In this document: positions 21,815-31,215 of the stretch, in pieces
Position numbering within the stretch: position 1 is the first letter of the stretch
Layout of the letters: the number at the start of each line of letters is the position of its first letter
Assembly: GCA_964421635.1 (NCBI GenBank)
Contig: CAYQWZ010000001.1
Span: 7,267 to 71,266 of the forward strand
Direction: 5' to 3'
Length of the DNA stretch: 64,000 nucleotides
Source of the DNA: an uncultured Candidatus Saccharibacteria bacterium
GTDB lineage: Bacteria; Patescibacteriota; UBA1384; CAILIB01; JAUSJZ01
Position numbers and translations under genes: made by a program
The notes under the pieces: generated by a model
The model's input: only the letters and a program-made list of their open reading frames with translations
What the model was told of the DNA's origin: nothing
The model's database searches: none

Positions 21815-22357
21815 ATGTCAAGAATAGGATTAAAGACAATTAATATTCCTAAGGAAACAGCTGTAAATTTCAGTGGGTCAGCTTTATATTTTGATGGGCC
21901 AATGGGTTCAGCTAAGGTTGAGGTACCTAAGGTTATTAAGGTTGAAATTAAGGATGATATTATTTCTGTTACCACAGCTGAAGATTCAATAGTCGCACGA
22001 TCCCTACATGGAACGACCCGCTCTCATATTAATAATGCTATTATTGGTGTGTCTGAAGGCTGGAAAAAAGTATTAGAGATTCATGGCTCAGGCTATAGAG
22101 CATCCATAGATGGTGATATCCTAGAACTTCATGTTGGATTCTCACATACAGTTAAATTTGATATTCCTAAGAGCTTAGAGGTAAAAATTGTAAAGAATAA
22201 AATCACAATATCTGGCATTAATAAACAAGAAGTCGGACAGTTTGCTGCAATCATTCGTGATGTACGAAAACCTGAGCCATATAAAGGAAAAGGTATTAGA
22301 TATGCTGATGAATATGTCGCAAGAAAAGTTGGAAAAGCATTAAAGGCAACAGAGTAA
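21815..22357 (+). CDS. rplF: 50S ribosomal protein uL6
   Basis: MSRIG, GFSH, PEPYKGKGIRY. Confidence 0.98.
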   Translation: MSRIGLKTINIPKETAVNFSGSALYFDGPMGSAKVEVPKVIKVEIKDDIISVTTAEDSIVARSLHGTTRSHINNAIIGVSEGWKKVLEIHGSGYRASIDGDILELHVGFSHTVKFDIPKSLEVKIVKNKITISGINKQEVGQFAAIIRDVRKPEPYKGKGIRYADEYVARKVGKALKATE

Positions 22358-22359
22358 TC

Positions 22360-22689
22360 ATGGATAAAAAAATAATCAGAAAAAACAGAGTCAGAGGAAA
22401 AGCTCGAATTGTTTCTAATCGACCACGGCTTTCTTATGAAAAAAGTAATAGATATATTAACATTCAACTGATTGATGATAGTAAGCAAAAAACAATTTTT
22501 GGAATCCATCAAAAAAATATCATATCCAAAGATAAAACAGAAATGATTAGCAAATTTACAGATAAAATTGTGGAGGCTCTAAATGAGGCAAAAATTAATG
22601 AAATCTATATTGATAGGGGAGCAAGAAAATATCATGGTAGTTTGGCAACAATAGTCGAGGGTTTGAGAAAAGCAGGAGTAAAGGTTTAA
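22360..22689 (+). CDS. rplR: 50S ribosomal protein uL18
   Basis: RPRL, QLIDD, DRG..YHG. Confidence 0.94.
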   Translation: MDKKIIRKNRVRGKARIVSNRPRLSYEKSNRYINIQLIDDSKQKTIFGIHQKNIISKDKTEMISKFTDKIVEALNEAKINEIYIDRGARKYHGSLATIVEGLRKAGVKV

Positions 22690-22690
22690 A

Positions 22691-23206
22691 ATGAAAAATC
22701 AAAGACAGTTCAATAGAAGACAAGACAGACCAAAACCAGAATTTGAAGAGAAAATTGTAGATGTTGCACGAGTAACTCGTGTTGTTAAAGGTGGACGAAG
22801 GATGAGATTTCGAACGCTAGTAGTTATTGGCGATAGAAAAGGAAGAGTTGGTGCTGCTGTAGCAAAAAGTATAGAAGTGCCAGTAGCTGCTCAAAAAGCT
22901 GCTAAAAAGGCTAAACAGAACATGATTAATGTGCCTATTACAGATAGTGGTAGTATTCCTCATGAAATAAAATCTCGTTTTGCTTCAAGTACAATATTTT
23001 TAAAACCAGCTCCAGAAGGTTCATCTTTAGTGTCGGGCGGGTCAGCCAGAACTGTTCTAGAATTAGCTGGGTTGAGAAATGTTGTATCAAAAAGTCTTGG
23101 TTCAAATAGTAAGTTAAATTGTGTATTTGCGACTATTCAAGCATTAAGCTTATTAAAACCAGAGAAAAACAAAAAAGATGTTAAAGATAATAAAGAAGAA
23201 AAATAA
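22691..23206 (+). CDS. rpsE: 30S ribosomal protein uS5
   Basis: [22 protein letters not shown]. Confidence 0.98.
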   Translation: MKNQRQFNRRQDRPKPEFEEKIVDVARVTRVVKGGRRMRFRTLVVIGDRKGRVGAAVAKSIEVPVAAQKAAKKAKQNMINVPITDSGSIPHEIKSRFASSTIFLKPAPEGSSLVSGGSARTVLELAGLRNVVSKSLGSNSKLNCVFATIQALSLLKPEKNKKDVKDNKEEK

Positions 23207-23579
23207 TTCGAAAAGATTTGGTCGCGGTATTGCTTCTGGAAAGGGAAAAACAGCTGGCAGAGGCACCAAGGGACAAAACTCAAGATCGGGTCATAAAAGA
23301 CACACTGGTTTTACTACTGGCGCCACGCCTCTTCATATGAAACTGCCCAAGCTAGTAGGGAATAAAGTTGTCAAGAAATATGCAACTATTACTTCAGATA
23401 CAATTGAAAGTAAATTTAGTAAAGAAGATCAGATATCTAAAAAGGAGATACTAAATAAAGGTATAATTAACAGAATAACGAGCAGTACTGTAATAAAGAT
23501 AGTTTTGGGGAAGAAACAAACATTTCCATATAAGCTAGATAAAGATATCAAATATTCAAAATCCATTAAAACCGCTTAA
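23178..23579 (+). CDS. rplO: 50S ribosomal protein uL15 (divergent)
   Basis: [26 protein letters not shown]; directly follows rpsE (no rpmD). Confidence 0.93.
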   Translation: MLKIIKKKNNSKRFGRGIASGKGKTAGRGTKGQNSRSGHKRHTGFTTGATPLHMKLPKLVGNKVVKKYATITSDTIESKFSKEDQISKKEILNKGIINRITSSTVIKIVLGKKQTFPYKLDKDIKYSKSIKTA

Positions 23580-24866
23580 TTGAAGCTACTAAGGTTCATA
23601 AAAAACATTTTAACTATTCCCGATTTAAGAAAGCGAGTTTTTGTTGTTTTGATGCTTTTGGCTTTGACCCGCCTATTAGCCGTTGTTCCATTGCCAGGCG
23701 TAAATGTACAACAATTAGTAAATTTCTTTGACACAAATGAGGCATTAAATTTGTTGAATCTTTTTACCGGTGGAGGGTTATCTAATGTATCTGTAGCGCT
23801 AATGGGAGTAGGTCCATATATTACAGCTTCAATTATATTTCAGCTGTTATCATATACTATTCCTTCTTTAGAAGCGATGCAGAAAGAGGGTGAAGCCGGC
23901 AGACAGAAAATAAACCAGTACACCAGATTGACCACAGTCCCCCTAGCCATCATTCAATCTTTTGGTATGCTTACAATTTTACGAAATAGTGGCATTATCG
24001 AAAGCTGGAATCCTACTTCACTTTTACTTATGCTAGCTGTCTCCACAGCTGGTAGTATTATGCTTATGTGGATTGGAGAATTAATCTCTGAATATGGCAT
24101 TGGAAATGGTGTATCCTTAATTATTACTTTAGGAATTATTGCTGGATTTGCTTCTTCGTTCACTAATACTTTATCTACCCTAAGCTTTGGTAATGAACAG
24201 GTAATCAATCTAATTGGTTTTCTAGTAATTTCTTTAATTACGCTGGCAGTAGTGGTAATTGTTAATGAGGGAGTAAGAAATATTTCTGTGACCTATGCCA
24301 AAAATGTTAGAGGTGGAGGATTACTTGGCAGAGCCAACGCTAAACTGCCTATTAAAATAAATAGTGCCGGTGTTATTCCAATTATCTTTGCAATCTCAGT
24401 CGTCCTAGTACCACCCGTTCTAGCTCAACTATTTAAAAATGCCGACCAAGTCTGGCTAGTAAATACCTGTAACTTCATATTGAAAATATTTGATCATTCC
24501 CACTGGTTCTACTCTGTATTATATTTTGTAATGGTTTTCGCATTTACTTATTTTTATACATTTATTATTATTAAGCCAGAAGATATGGCTGAGAACCTAC
24601 AAAGACAAGGTGGGTTTATTCCTGGCGTTAGACCGGGAAACGAGACAGCTAAATATATATACGATGTTGTAAATAGACTGACCTTTCCAGGTGCAATGTT
24701 TTTGGCCACAATTGCCATTCTACCCGTAGTAATTCAAAACATGACATCAATTCAAACTCTTTCCTTGGGTGGTACCAGCATATTAATTGTCGTTTCAGTG
24801 TCTCTAGAGACTCTGCGCCAGCTTGAAACCCAAATTTCTACTCGAACATACGATAATAATATATGA
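23580..24866 (+). CDS. secY: Preprotein translocase SecY (TTG start)
   Basis: GVGPYITASII, GIGNGVSL, AGVIPIIFA, FIPGVRPG, GGTSILIVV. Confidence 0.98.
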   Translation: MKLLRFIKNILTIPDLRKRVFVVLMLLALTRLLAVVPLPGVNVQQLVNFFDTNEALNLLNLFTGGGLSNVSVALMGVGPYITASIIFQLLSYTIPSLEAMQKEGEAGRQKINQYTRLTTVPLAIIQSFGMLTILRNSGIIESWNPTSLLLMLAVSTAGSIMLMWIGELISEYGIGNGVSLIITLGIIAGFASSFTNTLSTLSFGNEQVINLIGFLVISLITLAVVVIVNEGVRNISVTYAKNVRGGGLLGRANAKLPIKINSAGVIPIIFAISVVLVPPVLAQLFKNADQVWLVNTCNFILKIFDHSHWFYSVLYFVMVFAFTYFYTFIIIKPEDMAENLQRQGGFIPGVRPGNETAKYIYDVVNRLTFPGAMFLATIAILPVVIQNMTSIQTLSLGGTSILIVVSVSLETLRQLETQISTRTYDNNI

Positions 24867-25540
24867 AGAAATCTTGCATCACTCTAATCTTTTTCGCATC
24901 TATCATCTACGGGGCATATTCATTAGGGTTTTCAAGGGGGTCAGGCGACAATCAGTTGCCAAAGAAGGATGAAGTAGCTGTTAGCAATTTTGATGACTCA
25001 CAACAACAGGTTCAGGGCCAAACCCAGACCAATGAGAGTGTACCAGAAATCATAAATGAGGAACCACAAAAAAATAGCCAAGGTAATATCACTCATACAG
25101 TTCAGGCAGGAGAGACACTATTTTTAATAGGTTTAAAATATGATGTTCTTTGGACGACTATCGCTCAAGCTAATGGTTTAGATGAAAACTCAGCTTTAAT
25201 TGAGGGACAGAAGATTGTAGTGCCTCTTAACAGCGAAGGTAATATTGAGAAGGAGGAATCTCTTAATATTAACGAAGAAGATGCAAGGAATACTCAAAGG
25301 CTTGTAGGGTCTGGTGAGCTGGCTTGGCGTAGAGATCCTTTGGAAGTTTTAAGGAGAACTGCACCAGTTGATTATCATCTACAAAACAGTTACATTTATA
25401 CATTAGTTGAGCTAGACAAAGATCAAGGAAAAGCAATTATTGAAGTTTTACATGACGATCAAAAGTATATTTTTGAACTGGTGCAGCCAGTAGAAAAAGG
25501 AGACAATGGTGTATGGTATATTTTAAAAATTAAACAATAA
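24863..25540 (+). CDS. Secreted or membrane-anchored LysM domain protein
   Basis: N-terminal signal/TM segment; HTVQAGETLFLIGLKYDV..IAQANGL LysM; unknown C-terminal domain. Confidence 0.8.
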   Translation: MKKSCITLIFFASIIYGAYSLGFSRGSGDNQLPKKDEVAVSNFDDSQQQVQGQTQTNESVPEIINEEPQKNSQGNITHTVQAGETLFLIGLKYDVLWTTIAQANGLDENSALIEGQKIVVPLNSEGNIEKEESLNINEEDARNTQRLVGSGELAWRRDPLEVLRRTAPVDYHLQNSYIYTLVELDKDQGKAIIEVLHDDQKYIFELVQPVEKGDNGVWYILKIKQ

Positions 25541-25542
25541 AA

Positions 25543-26196
25543 GTGATTAAAACGGCATATTTATTTTTAGGTCCACCAGGGAGTGGTAAGGGAACACAGG
25601 CTCAACTCCTTGCAGAAAGAAATTCGGTATCACATATTGATGTTGGCTCCGCCTTGCGTTTGAGAGCAAGTAAGAATGATGTTTTGGGTAATCAAATTAG
25701 TAAAGTTATGAAGCAGGGCAATACGGTTAATAATATTATAGTCAATACTATATTGGAAGAAGAACTAGATAAGCTAGATAATCAAAATGTTGTTCTAGAT
25801 GGCTATTGCAGAAATGAAGATCAGGCCGACCATCTTCTAAAATTAGTTAATGATAAAATAATTCAAAATTTAATTTGTATTTTTATTAACATTTCTCAGG
25901 AAGAAATTATAAAAAGAATTACTTTGAGAAGATACTGTCGTTATCCTGACAAAAGTCTAAAACTCATTAGTAATGACATCCAAAAAGAAGAGTGTGTTAA
26001 GCTAGGCGGAATAATTGAAAAACGAGCTGACGATAACCTAGAAACTGTGAATAGTCGACTAGAGGTTTATAACAAACAAACATTACCAGCAATTAATATG
26101 TTGTCAAAAATATGTAAGATATTTAATATAGACGGTGATGGCTCGATAGAAGATATTTCAAAAAGAATAACTAATGTTGTAGATGGGATTAATTAA
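25543..26196 (+). CDS. adk: Adenylate kinase (GTG start)
   Basis: GPPGSGKGTQA, LDGYCR, RADD. Confidence 0.93.
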   Translation: MIKTAYLFLGPPGSGKGTQAQLLAERNSVSHIDVGSALRLRASKNDVLGNQISKVMKQGNTVNNIIVNTILEEELDKLDNQNVVLDGYCRNEDQADHLLKLVNDKIIQNLICIFINISQEEIIKRITLRRYCRYPDKSLKLISNDIQKEECVKLGGIIEKRADDNLETVNSRLEVYNKQTLPAINMLSKICKIFNIDGDGSIEDISKRITNVVDGIN

Positions 26197-26926
26197 AACA
26201 GAAAGACAACTAGATGATATTAAAATTGCTGGTAAAAGATTAGCTACTGTATTCAAGTTGGTCAAAGATTTAGTAAATATATCTGTTTCCCTAGAAGAAA
26301 TAGACAATGCTGTGGCTCAAAAAATAAAGGATTTGGATTGTAAAGCATCCTTCTTGAATTACGAAGGATATCCTAAATCAAGCTGTATTTCAGTTAATGA
26401 ACAGGTCATTCACGCTATTCCAAATGATTATAAATTGAAAGATGGCGATATTTTAACTGTCGATATTGGCCTTTGGTATAAAAAAGTCTGTGTAGATGGA
26501 GCTCATACATATTTTATTGGAAAGGTTGATAAAAGGGTTGAAGATTTAATTATTTACACTAATGAGGCATTAATGGAAGGTATTAAAAAAGCGAAGGCTG
26601 GTAATCATGTTGGTGCGATTAGCCAGGCTATTGAATCTGTCGCTGTGCAGCATAATCTGGGCATTGTTAGAAATTATACTGGACACGGTGTCGGTTTAGC
26701 TGTTCATGAAAAACCATCAATTCCAAATATAGGTAAAAATGGTGACGGAATGATTCTAAAACCAGGAATGGTTTTAGCTATAGAGCCTATGTTCACACTT
26801 GGTGGTGGAGAAGTAATCACACTACCAGACGGATGGACAGTAGTAACTGCTGATAACAGCATGGCAGCACAGTTTGAGCATACTATTATTATTACTAATG
26901 GAAATCCTATAATTACCACTAAATGA
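26183..26926 (+). CDS. map: Methionine aminopeptidase type I
   Basis: CISVNEQVIHAIP, GHGVG..HE, AIEPM, AQFEHT. Confidence 0.97.
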   Translation: MGLIKTERQLDDIKIAGKRLATVFKLVKDLVNISVSLEEIDNAVAQKIKDLDCKASFLNYEGYPKSSCISVNEQVIHAIPNDYKLKDGDILTVDIGLWYKKVCVDGAHTYFIGKVDKRVEDLIIYTNEALMEGIKKAKAGNHVGAISQAIESVAVQHNLGIVRNYTGHGVGLAVHEKPSIPNIGKNGDGMILKPGMVLAIEPMFTLGGGEVITLPDGWTVVTADNSMAAQFEHTIIITNGNPIITTK

Positions 26927-26927
26927 C

Positions 26928-26956
26928 TTGCAAAGAATACCTTATTCTGGTAAGTT
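26928..26956 (+). promoter_or_regulatory. Promoter for infA/alpha operon
   Basis: TTGCAA-17 nt-TAAGTT with extended TG. Confidence 0.55.
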
Positions 26957-26986
26957 AATAAGGGTTTCAAACCTATTTATTTGTTT

Positions 26987-27307
26987 ATGGCAAAATCAGA
27001 AATTAGATTCGACGGAGAAGTAATAGAGGCAAAACCTAGCGCCATGTTCGATGTAGAACTGGAGAATGGTAGCATAATTATCGCCCGTATTGCTGGCAAA
27101 TTGAGAATTAACTATATCCGCATTACACCAGGTGACTGGGTAACTGTAGAAATGTCTCCTTACGACTTAACCAAAGGAAGAATTATAAAAAGATTATCTG
27201 AAAGTGATTCTAAGAGGATGTCGAAAGATAAAAGAAATAGGTTACGAGAGATAGAAAAAAATAGAAAAAAAGAAAATATAGAAATAACACAAAATAATGA
27301 AAGTTAG
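26987..27307 (+). CDS. infA: Translation initiation factor IF-1 with charged C-terminal extension
   Basis: [29 protein letters not shown]; ATG at 26987. Confidence 0.95.
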   Translation: MAKSEIRFDGEVIEAKPSAMFDVELENGSIIIARIAGKLRINYIRITPGDWVTVEMSPYDLTKGRIIKRLSESDSKRMSKDKRNRLREIEKNRKKENIEITQNNES

Positions 27308-27410
27308 AGCATCTGTAAAAAAATTGTGTAATAAATGTCAGATTGTGAGAAGAAAAGGTGTTGTACGCGTAATTTGTAGTACAAAAAAACATAAACAAAG
27401 ACAAGGTTAA
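27297..27410 (+). CDS. rpmJ: 50S ribosomal protein bL36 (not in ORF track)
   Basis: Translated by hand: [37 protein letters not shown]. Confidence 0.97.
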   Translation: MKVRASVKKLCNKCQIVRRKGVVRVICSTKKHKQRQG

Positions 27411-27790
27411 TGAGAATTTCAGGAGTTAACATACCAGATGAAAAGCAAATTGGCGCTGGCCTAACAGCTGTTTTTGGTATAGGCAGAAATTTGAGCCATT
27501 CTTTATTAAAGGAATTAAATATTGATCCTATTACATCAATTAATAAATTAGCTGAGGAAGATATTACTAAAATTCGTGATGCTGTAGCAAAAAATAGAAT
27601 TGAGGGAGATCTTCGAAGTGAAGTTCAACAGAACATTAAACATAAAATTAATGTTCAGAGTTATCAAGGAATAAGACATCTGAAAAAATTACCTCTAAGA
27701 GGTCAGAAGACAAAGACAAATGCTAGAACAAAAAGAGGTAAAAAGGTAACTGTAGGAAGCGGAAGAAAGGCTCCTGCACAGAAGACCTAA
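27410..27790 (+). CDS. rpsM: 30S ribosomal protein uS13
   Basis: RISGVNIP, EGDLR, RGQKTKTNART. Confidence 0.98.
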   Translation: MRISGVNIPDEKQIGAGLTAVFGIGRNLSHSLLKELNIDPITSINKLAEEDITKIRDAVAKNRIEGDLRSEVQQNIKHKINVQSYQGIRHLKKLPLRGQKTKTNARTKRGKKVTVGSGRKAPAQKT

Positions 27791-27791
27791 T

Positions 27792-28163
27792 ATGAAAACA
27801 AAATTAAAGAAAAATAATGTCGGTTTGGGTATTTTGCATGTTAATGCTTCTTTTAACAATACTATGTTGAGTTTATCAGATAAAAATGGTAATATTTTAA
27901 CCTGGTCAAGTAGTGGCCGAGAAGGCTTTACGGGTTCGAAAAAATCTACTCCATTTGCAGCTGCTCAAATTGCTAAGAATATAATAGAACAGATGAAGAA
28001 AATGGGTGTAACGCAGATTGAAATTGTAGTAAGTGGTATTGGTAATGGAAGAGATTCAGCTCTAAGAGTTATCGGCGGTAGCGGAATAGACATTCTTAGT
28101 ATTACAGATAAGACTCCGCTTCCTCATAATGGCTGTAGACCAAGGAAAAGTAGACGAGTATAA
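27792..28163 (+). CDS. rpsK: 30S ribosomal protein uS11
   Basis: ASFNNT, KSTPFAA, PHNGCRP. Confidence 0.98.
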   Translation: MKTKLKKNNVGLGILHVNASFNNTMLSLSDKNGNILTWSSSGREGFTGSKKSTPFAAAQIAKNIIEQMKKMGVTQIEIVVSGIGNGRDSALRVIGGSGIDILSITDKTPLPHNGCRPRKSRRV

Positions 28164-28756
28164 TGGCTAGAAATACATCATCAAAATGCAAACAATGTCG
28201 ACGAGCCGGCGAAAAACTCTTTTTAAAAGGAGACCGCTGTTCTGGTCCCAAATGCTCCTTCTCAAGAAGATCATTTGCACCCGGTATTCATGGCAACTCA
28301 AGAAGATCTCGTTTATCTGACTATGCTTTTCAATTACGAGAGAAACAGAAGGCAAAAGCTGCGTACGGCGTTCTAGAAAAACAGTTTAGAAATTATATTG
28401 AGAAGGCGCAAAAGGGTGATAATACAGGATTTGCGCTACTAAAGATGCTTGAGCTTAGACTAGACAATGTTGTTTTTAGAAGTAATAATGCCAAATCAAG
28501 ATCACAAGCCAGACAGCTAGTGAACCATGGCCATGTAACAGTCAATGGTAAGCAAATAGATATACCATCATATGAATGTAAAACAGATGATTTAGTTGAG
28601 GTTAAGAATGCGCCATCTGTGCCAGATCCTAAAGCTTCCGTCCCTTCTTGGCTAACTAAGAAGAAAGGTGGTGTTTTAGTTGGCTCTATTGTAGATAAAA
28701 GCAATATCGAGACAAATTTAAATGAACAACTAATAATTGAGTATTATACGAGGTAA
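28163..28756 (+). CDS. rpsD: 30S ribosomal protein uS4 (Zn-binding form)
   Basis: [31 protein letters not shown]. Confidence 0.98.
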   Translation: MARNTSSKCKQCRRAGEKLFLKGDRCSGPKCSFSRRSFAPGIHGNSRRSRLSDYAFQLREKQKAKAAYGVLEKQFRNYIEKAQKGDNTGFALLKMLELRLDNVVFRSNNAKSRSQARQLVNHGHVTVNGKQIDIPSYECKTDDLVEVKNAPSVPDPKASVPSWLTKKKGGVLVGSIVDKSNIETNLNEQLIIEYYTR

Positions 28757-28760
28757 AAAA

Positions 28761-29696
28761 ATGTTTGAACACGATTTATTTATTAAGAATATTAAAGAAG
28801 GTGGCAATATTGGAGAATTTTCAATTGAGCCACTAACAGCTGGTTTTGGTAATACCCTTGGCAACTCACTACGTAGAGTATTATTATCTAGCTTAGAAGG
28901 TGCAGCTGTCGATAAAGTAAAAATTGATGGTGTCGAGCATGAGTTTGATACTATCGAAGGAATAAAAGAAGATGTTGTTGAGATAATCTTAAATATAAAA
29001 CAGCTGAGATTTGATTTAAAGACAGAAGAGGCTACAGTTACTCTATCTAAAAAATCTAAAGGCATTATTACAGCTAATGATTTTGACAAAAACCCTGAGT
29101 GCGAAGCTACCAACAAAGATCAACACATTGCTACCATAAGTGGTAATGGTTCACTATCACTTGAATTAAGTGTCAAGAAAGGTAGAGGATATGAAACCGT
29201 TGAAATGAAAGATACAAAATCCAATCCTATTGGTGTTCTTTCTGTTGATAGTATCTTCTCACCAATTGTAGCTGCTAGTTATGTAGTTGAGCACACCCGT
29301 GTAGGTCAAGAGACAAACCTAGACAAAGTTGTTCTTCATATTGAAACAGATGGTTCTATAACACCTAAAGATGCTTTAGCTGAATGTTGCCAAATCTTAA
29401 CAGATCACTTTACTAGAATAGGTGGCCTTCCAGAACAGAAAATTGAGCCTATTGAGCTAGAGGTTGTTAAAGAAGAATCAACTGAAAGTAAAAATAATGA
29501 ACCTCTTCATCCAAAAATGAAAATTGAAGAAGCAGGCTTTTCCAGTCGAACAACTAATGCTCTTATTACTGCTGGCTATAAAACCATTAGTGGCTTGGTT
29601 CGCCTAAGCAATATCAAGCTTGAAAGTATCAAAGGATTAGGTGCGAAAGGGTTGGCGGAAGTCAAAGAAGCCTTAACTAGAGTTACAGACAGATAA
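28761..29696 (+). CDS. rpoA: RNA polymerase alpha subunit
   Basis: GNTLGNSLRRVLLSS, HEF, GRGY; ATG at 28761 preferred over upstream start. Confidence 0.97.
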   Translation: MFEHDLFIKNIKEGGNIGEFSIEPLTAGFGNTLGNSLRRVLLSSLEGAAVDKVKIDGVEHEFDTIEGIKEDVVEIILNIKQLRFDLKTEEATVTLSKKSKGIITANDFDKNPECEATNKDQHIATISGNGSLSLELSVKKGRGYETVEMKDTKSNPIGVLSVDSIFSPIVAASYVVEHTRVGQETNLDKVVLHIETDGSITPKDALAECCQILTDHFTRIGGLPEQKIEPIELEVVKEESTESKNNEPLHPKMKIEEAGFSSRTTNALITAGYKTISGLVRLSNIKLESIKGLGAKGLAEVKEALTRVTDR

Positions 29697-29706
29697 ATAA
29701 TCAATA

Positions 29707-30102
29707 ATGGCCAAATCTAGAAAGCTATCGCGTAAAAAAGCTAACAGAGAAGCACTCTTGAAAAATGTGTTTAAGAGTTTAATTTTACATAAAAAAGTGG
29801 TAACAACTGAAGCAAGAGCTAAAGAGGTCAAGAGATACGGAGAGAAGATTTTGGCTAAAGCTCGTAAAAACGATTTACACACAAAAAGAGATATAAATAA
29901 AAAGCTAGACAGTAAGATTGCTATAAAAGAATTGTTTGAGGTAATCGTGCCGTCTTTGCCCAAGAAGGATTCTGGCTTTATAAAATTTCAAAAAGTTGTT
30001 CACCGTGCTGGTGATGGCTCAGATCAGGCTGCATTAATTATAAACAAAACTGAAGGGAAAAAGCCTTTATCAGATAAGAAGCAATTAAAAGGAAAAAGAT
30101 AG
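29707..30102 (+). CDS. rplQ: 50S ribosomal protein bL17
   Basis: TTEARAKE, RAGDG; follows rpoA. Confidence 0.95.
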   Translation: MAKSRKLSRKKANREALLKNVFKSLILHKKVVTTEARAKEVKRYGEKILAKARKNDLHTKRDINKKLDSKIAIKELFEVIVPSLPKKDSGFIKFQKVVHRAGDGSDQAALIINKTEGKKPLSDKKQLKGKR

Positions 30103-30103
30103 A

Positions 30104-30472
30104 ATGAATAATTGGATAGAAATTGATGCCACAGATAGAAGATTAGGGAGACTAGCTACACAGATAGCCAATTTAATAATTGGTAAGGGTGACCCTGCCT
30201 ACAAACCAAATGTGGAGAGAGACATTAATGTAATAGTTATCAATTGTAGTAAGGTTAAGGCAAATCTAACTTCTAAGTTTGATTATCACCACACTGGCTA
30301 TATCGGAAATCTGAAAACAAAACCAAAGTGTGAAATTGATTTAGATAAAATTGTAAAAAATGCAATTTTAGGAATGCTGCCAAAAAACAAATTATTCGCT
30401 AACTTCGATACTAAATTACATTGTTACTTAAAAGATGAACATCCGTATAAAGGACAAACAAATGATAAATAA
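30104..30472 (+). CDS. rplM: 50S ribosomal protein uL13 (short)
   Basis: IDA..LGRLAT, HHTGYIG, GMLPKN. Confidence 0.95.
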   Translation: MNNWIEIDATDRRLGRLATQIANLIIGKGDPAYKPNVERDINVIVINCSKVKANLTSKFDYHHTGYIGNLKTKPKCEIDLDKIVKNAILGMLPKNKLFANFDTKLHCYLKDEHPYKGQTNDK

Positions 30473-30833
30473 ATATTATTGGGGTACGGGTAGAAGAAAG
30501 ACATCTGTAGCCAGAATTAGAGCTCAAAAGGGCAGTGGAAAAATCACTTTAGCTAATCAAGAAGCAACCCTAGATGAAGAGGTGACTGCACCCCTAGTTT
30601 TGGTTGGTAAAAGTACTGATTTAGACCTAAGTATAAATGTAAAAGGTGGCGGTTATAACTCCCAAAAAGAAGCTATTAGACACGGCATTGCCAACATGCT
30701 TATAAATCTCGATGAAACGCTAAGACCAACTCTCAGAAAAGCAGGTTTTTTAACCAGAGACGACAGAATGAAAGAGCGAAAAAAGTATGGTTTAAAAAAG
30801 GCTCGACGCGCTCCTCAATGGTCAAAGCGTTAG
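30462..30833 (+). CDS. rpsI: 30S ribosomal protein uS9
   Basis: GTGRRKTSVAR, LTRD.RMKERKKYG..KARRAPQWSKR; ATG at 30462. Confidence 0.97.
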   Translation: MINKYYWGTGRRKTSVARIRAQKGSGKITLANQEATLDEEVTAPLVLVGKSTDLDLSINVKGGGYNSQKEAIRHGIANMLINLDETLRPTLRKAGFLTRDDRMKERKKYGLKKARRAPQWSKR

Positions 30834-30846
30834 TAATAGAGCTTAT

Positions 30847-31215
30847 ATGTATCGAACACTTTTATCTTCAATATCGGGCATCGTACTTTCAACCTCTGCT
30901 CTTTATATAATTTTGACATCAAGTGTTTCACAAAATCCTTCGCTTATTTACACCCTACCATTTGTAGTAGGATTGTTCTTAATGTTCCTATATGTATTTG
31001 TCAGATCATTATTTATTAAAAGTGATTTGAATAAGAAAACCCTATTTGTACTTTACAGACAAGGTTTACTACTGGCTTTAGTAGCAGCTGTTGCCCTAAT
31101 CCTTCAAGGATTTAGGGTCTTAACTCTATTAGATGCTATATTAATATCAGCGGCCGCAATACTGTTTGAGCTATTTTTTCAGTCAGAAAAATCTGACTTT
31201 AGCCAAAAGGAATAA
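30847..31215 (+). CDS. Hypothetical membrane protein (about 4 TM helices)
   Basis: Four hydrophobic segments; coupled to pheS by TAATG. Confidence 0.75.
   Translation: MYRTLLSSISGIVLSTSALYIILTSSVSQNPSLIYTLPFVVGLFLMFLYVFVRSLFIKSDLNKKTLFVLYRQGLLLALVAAVALILQGFRVLTLLDAILISAAAILFELFFQSEKSDFSQKE

Noticed and set aside
23178-23206. Missing rpmD as a novelty or assembly gap
   Set aside because: rpsE and rplO overlap cleanly, and uL30 loss is a known CPR trait
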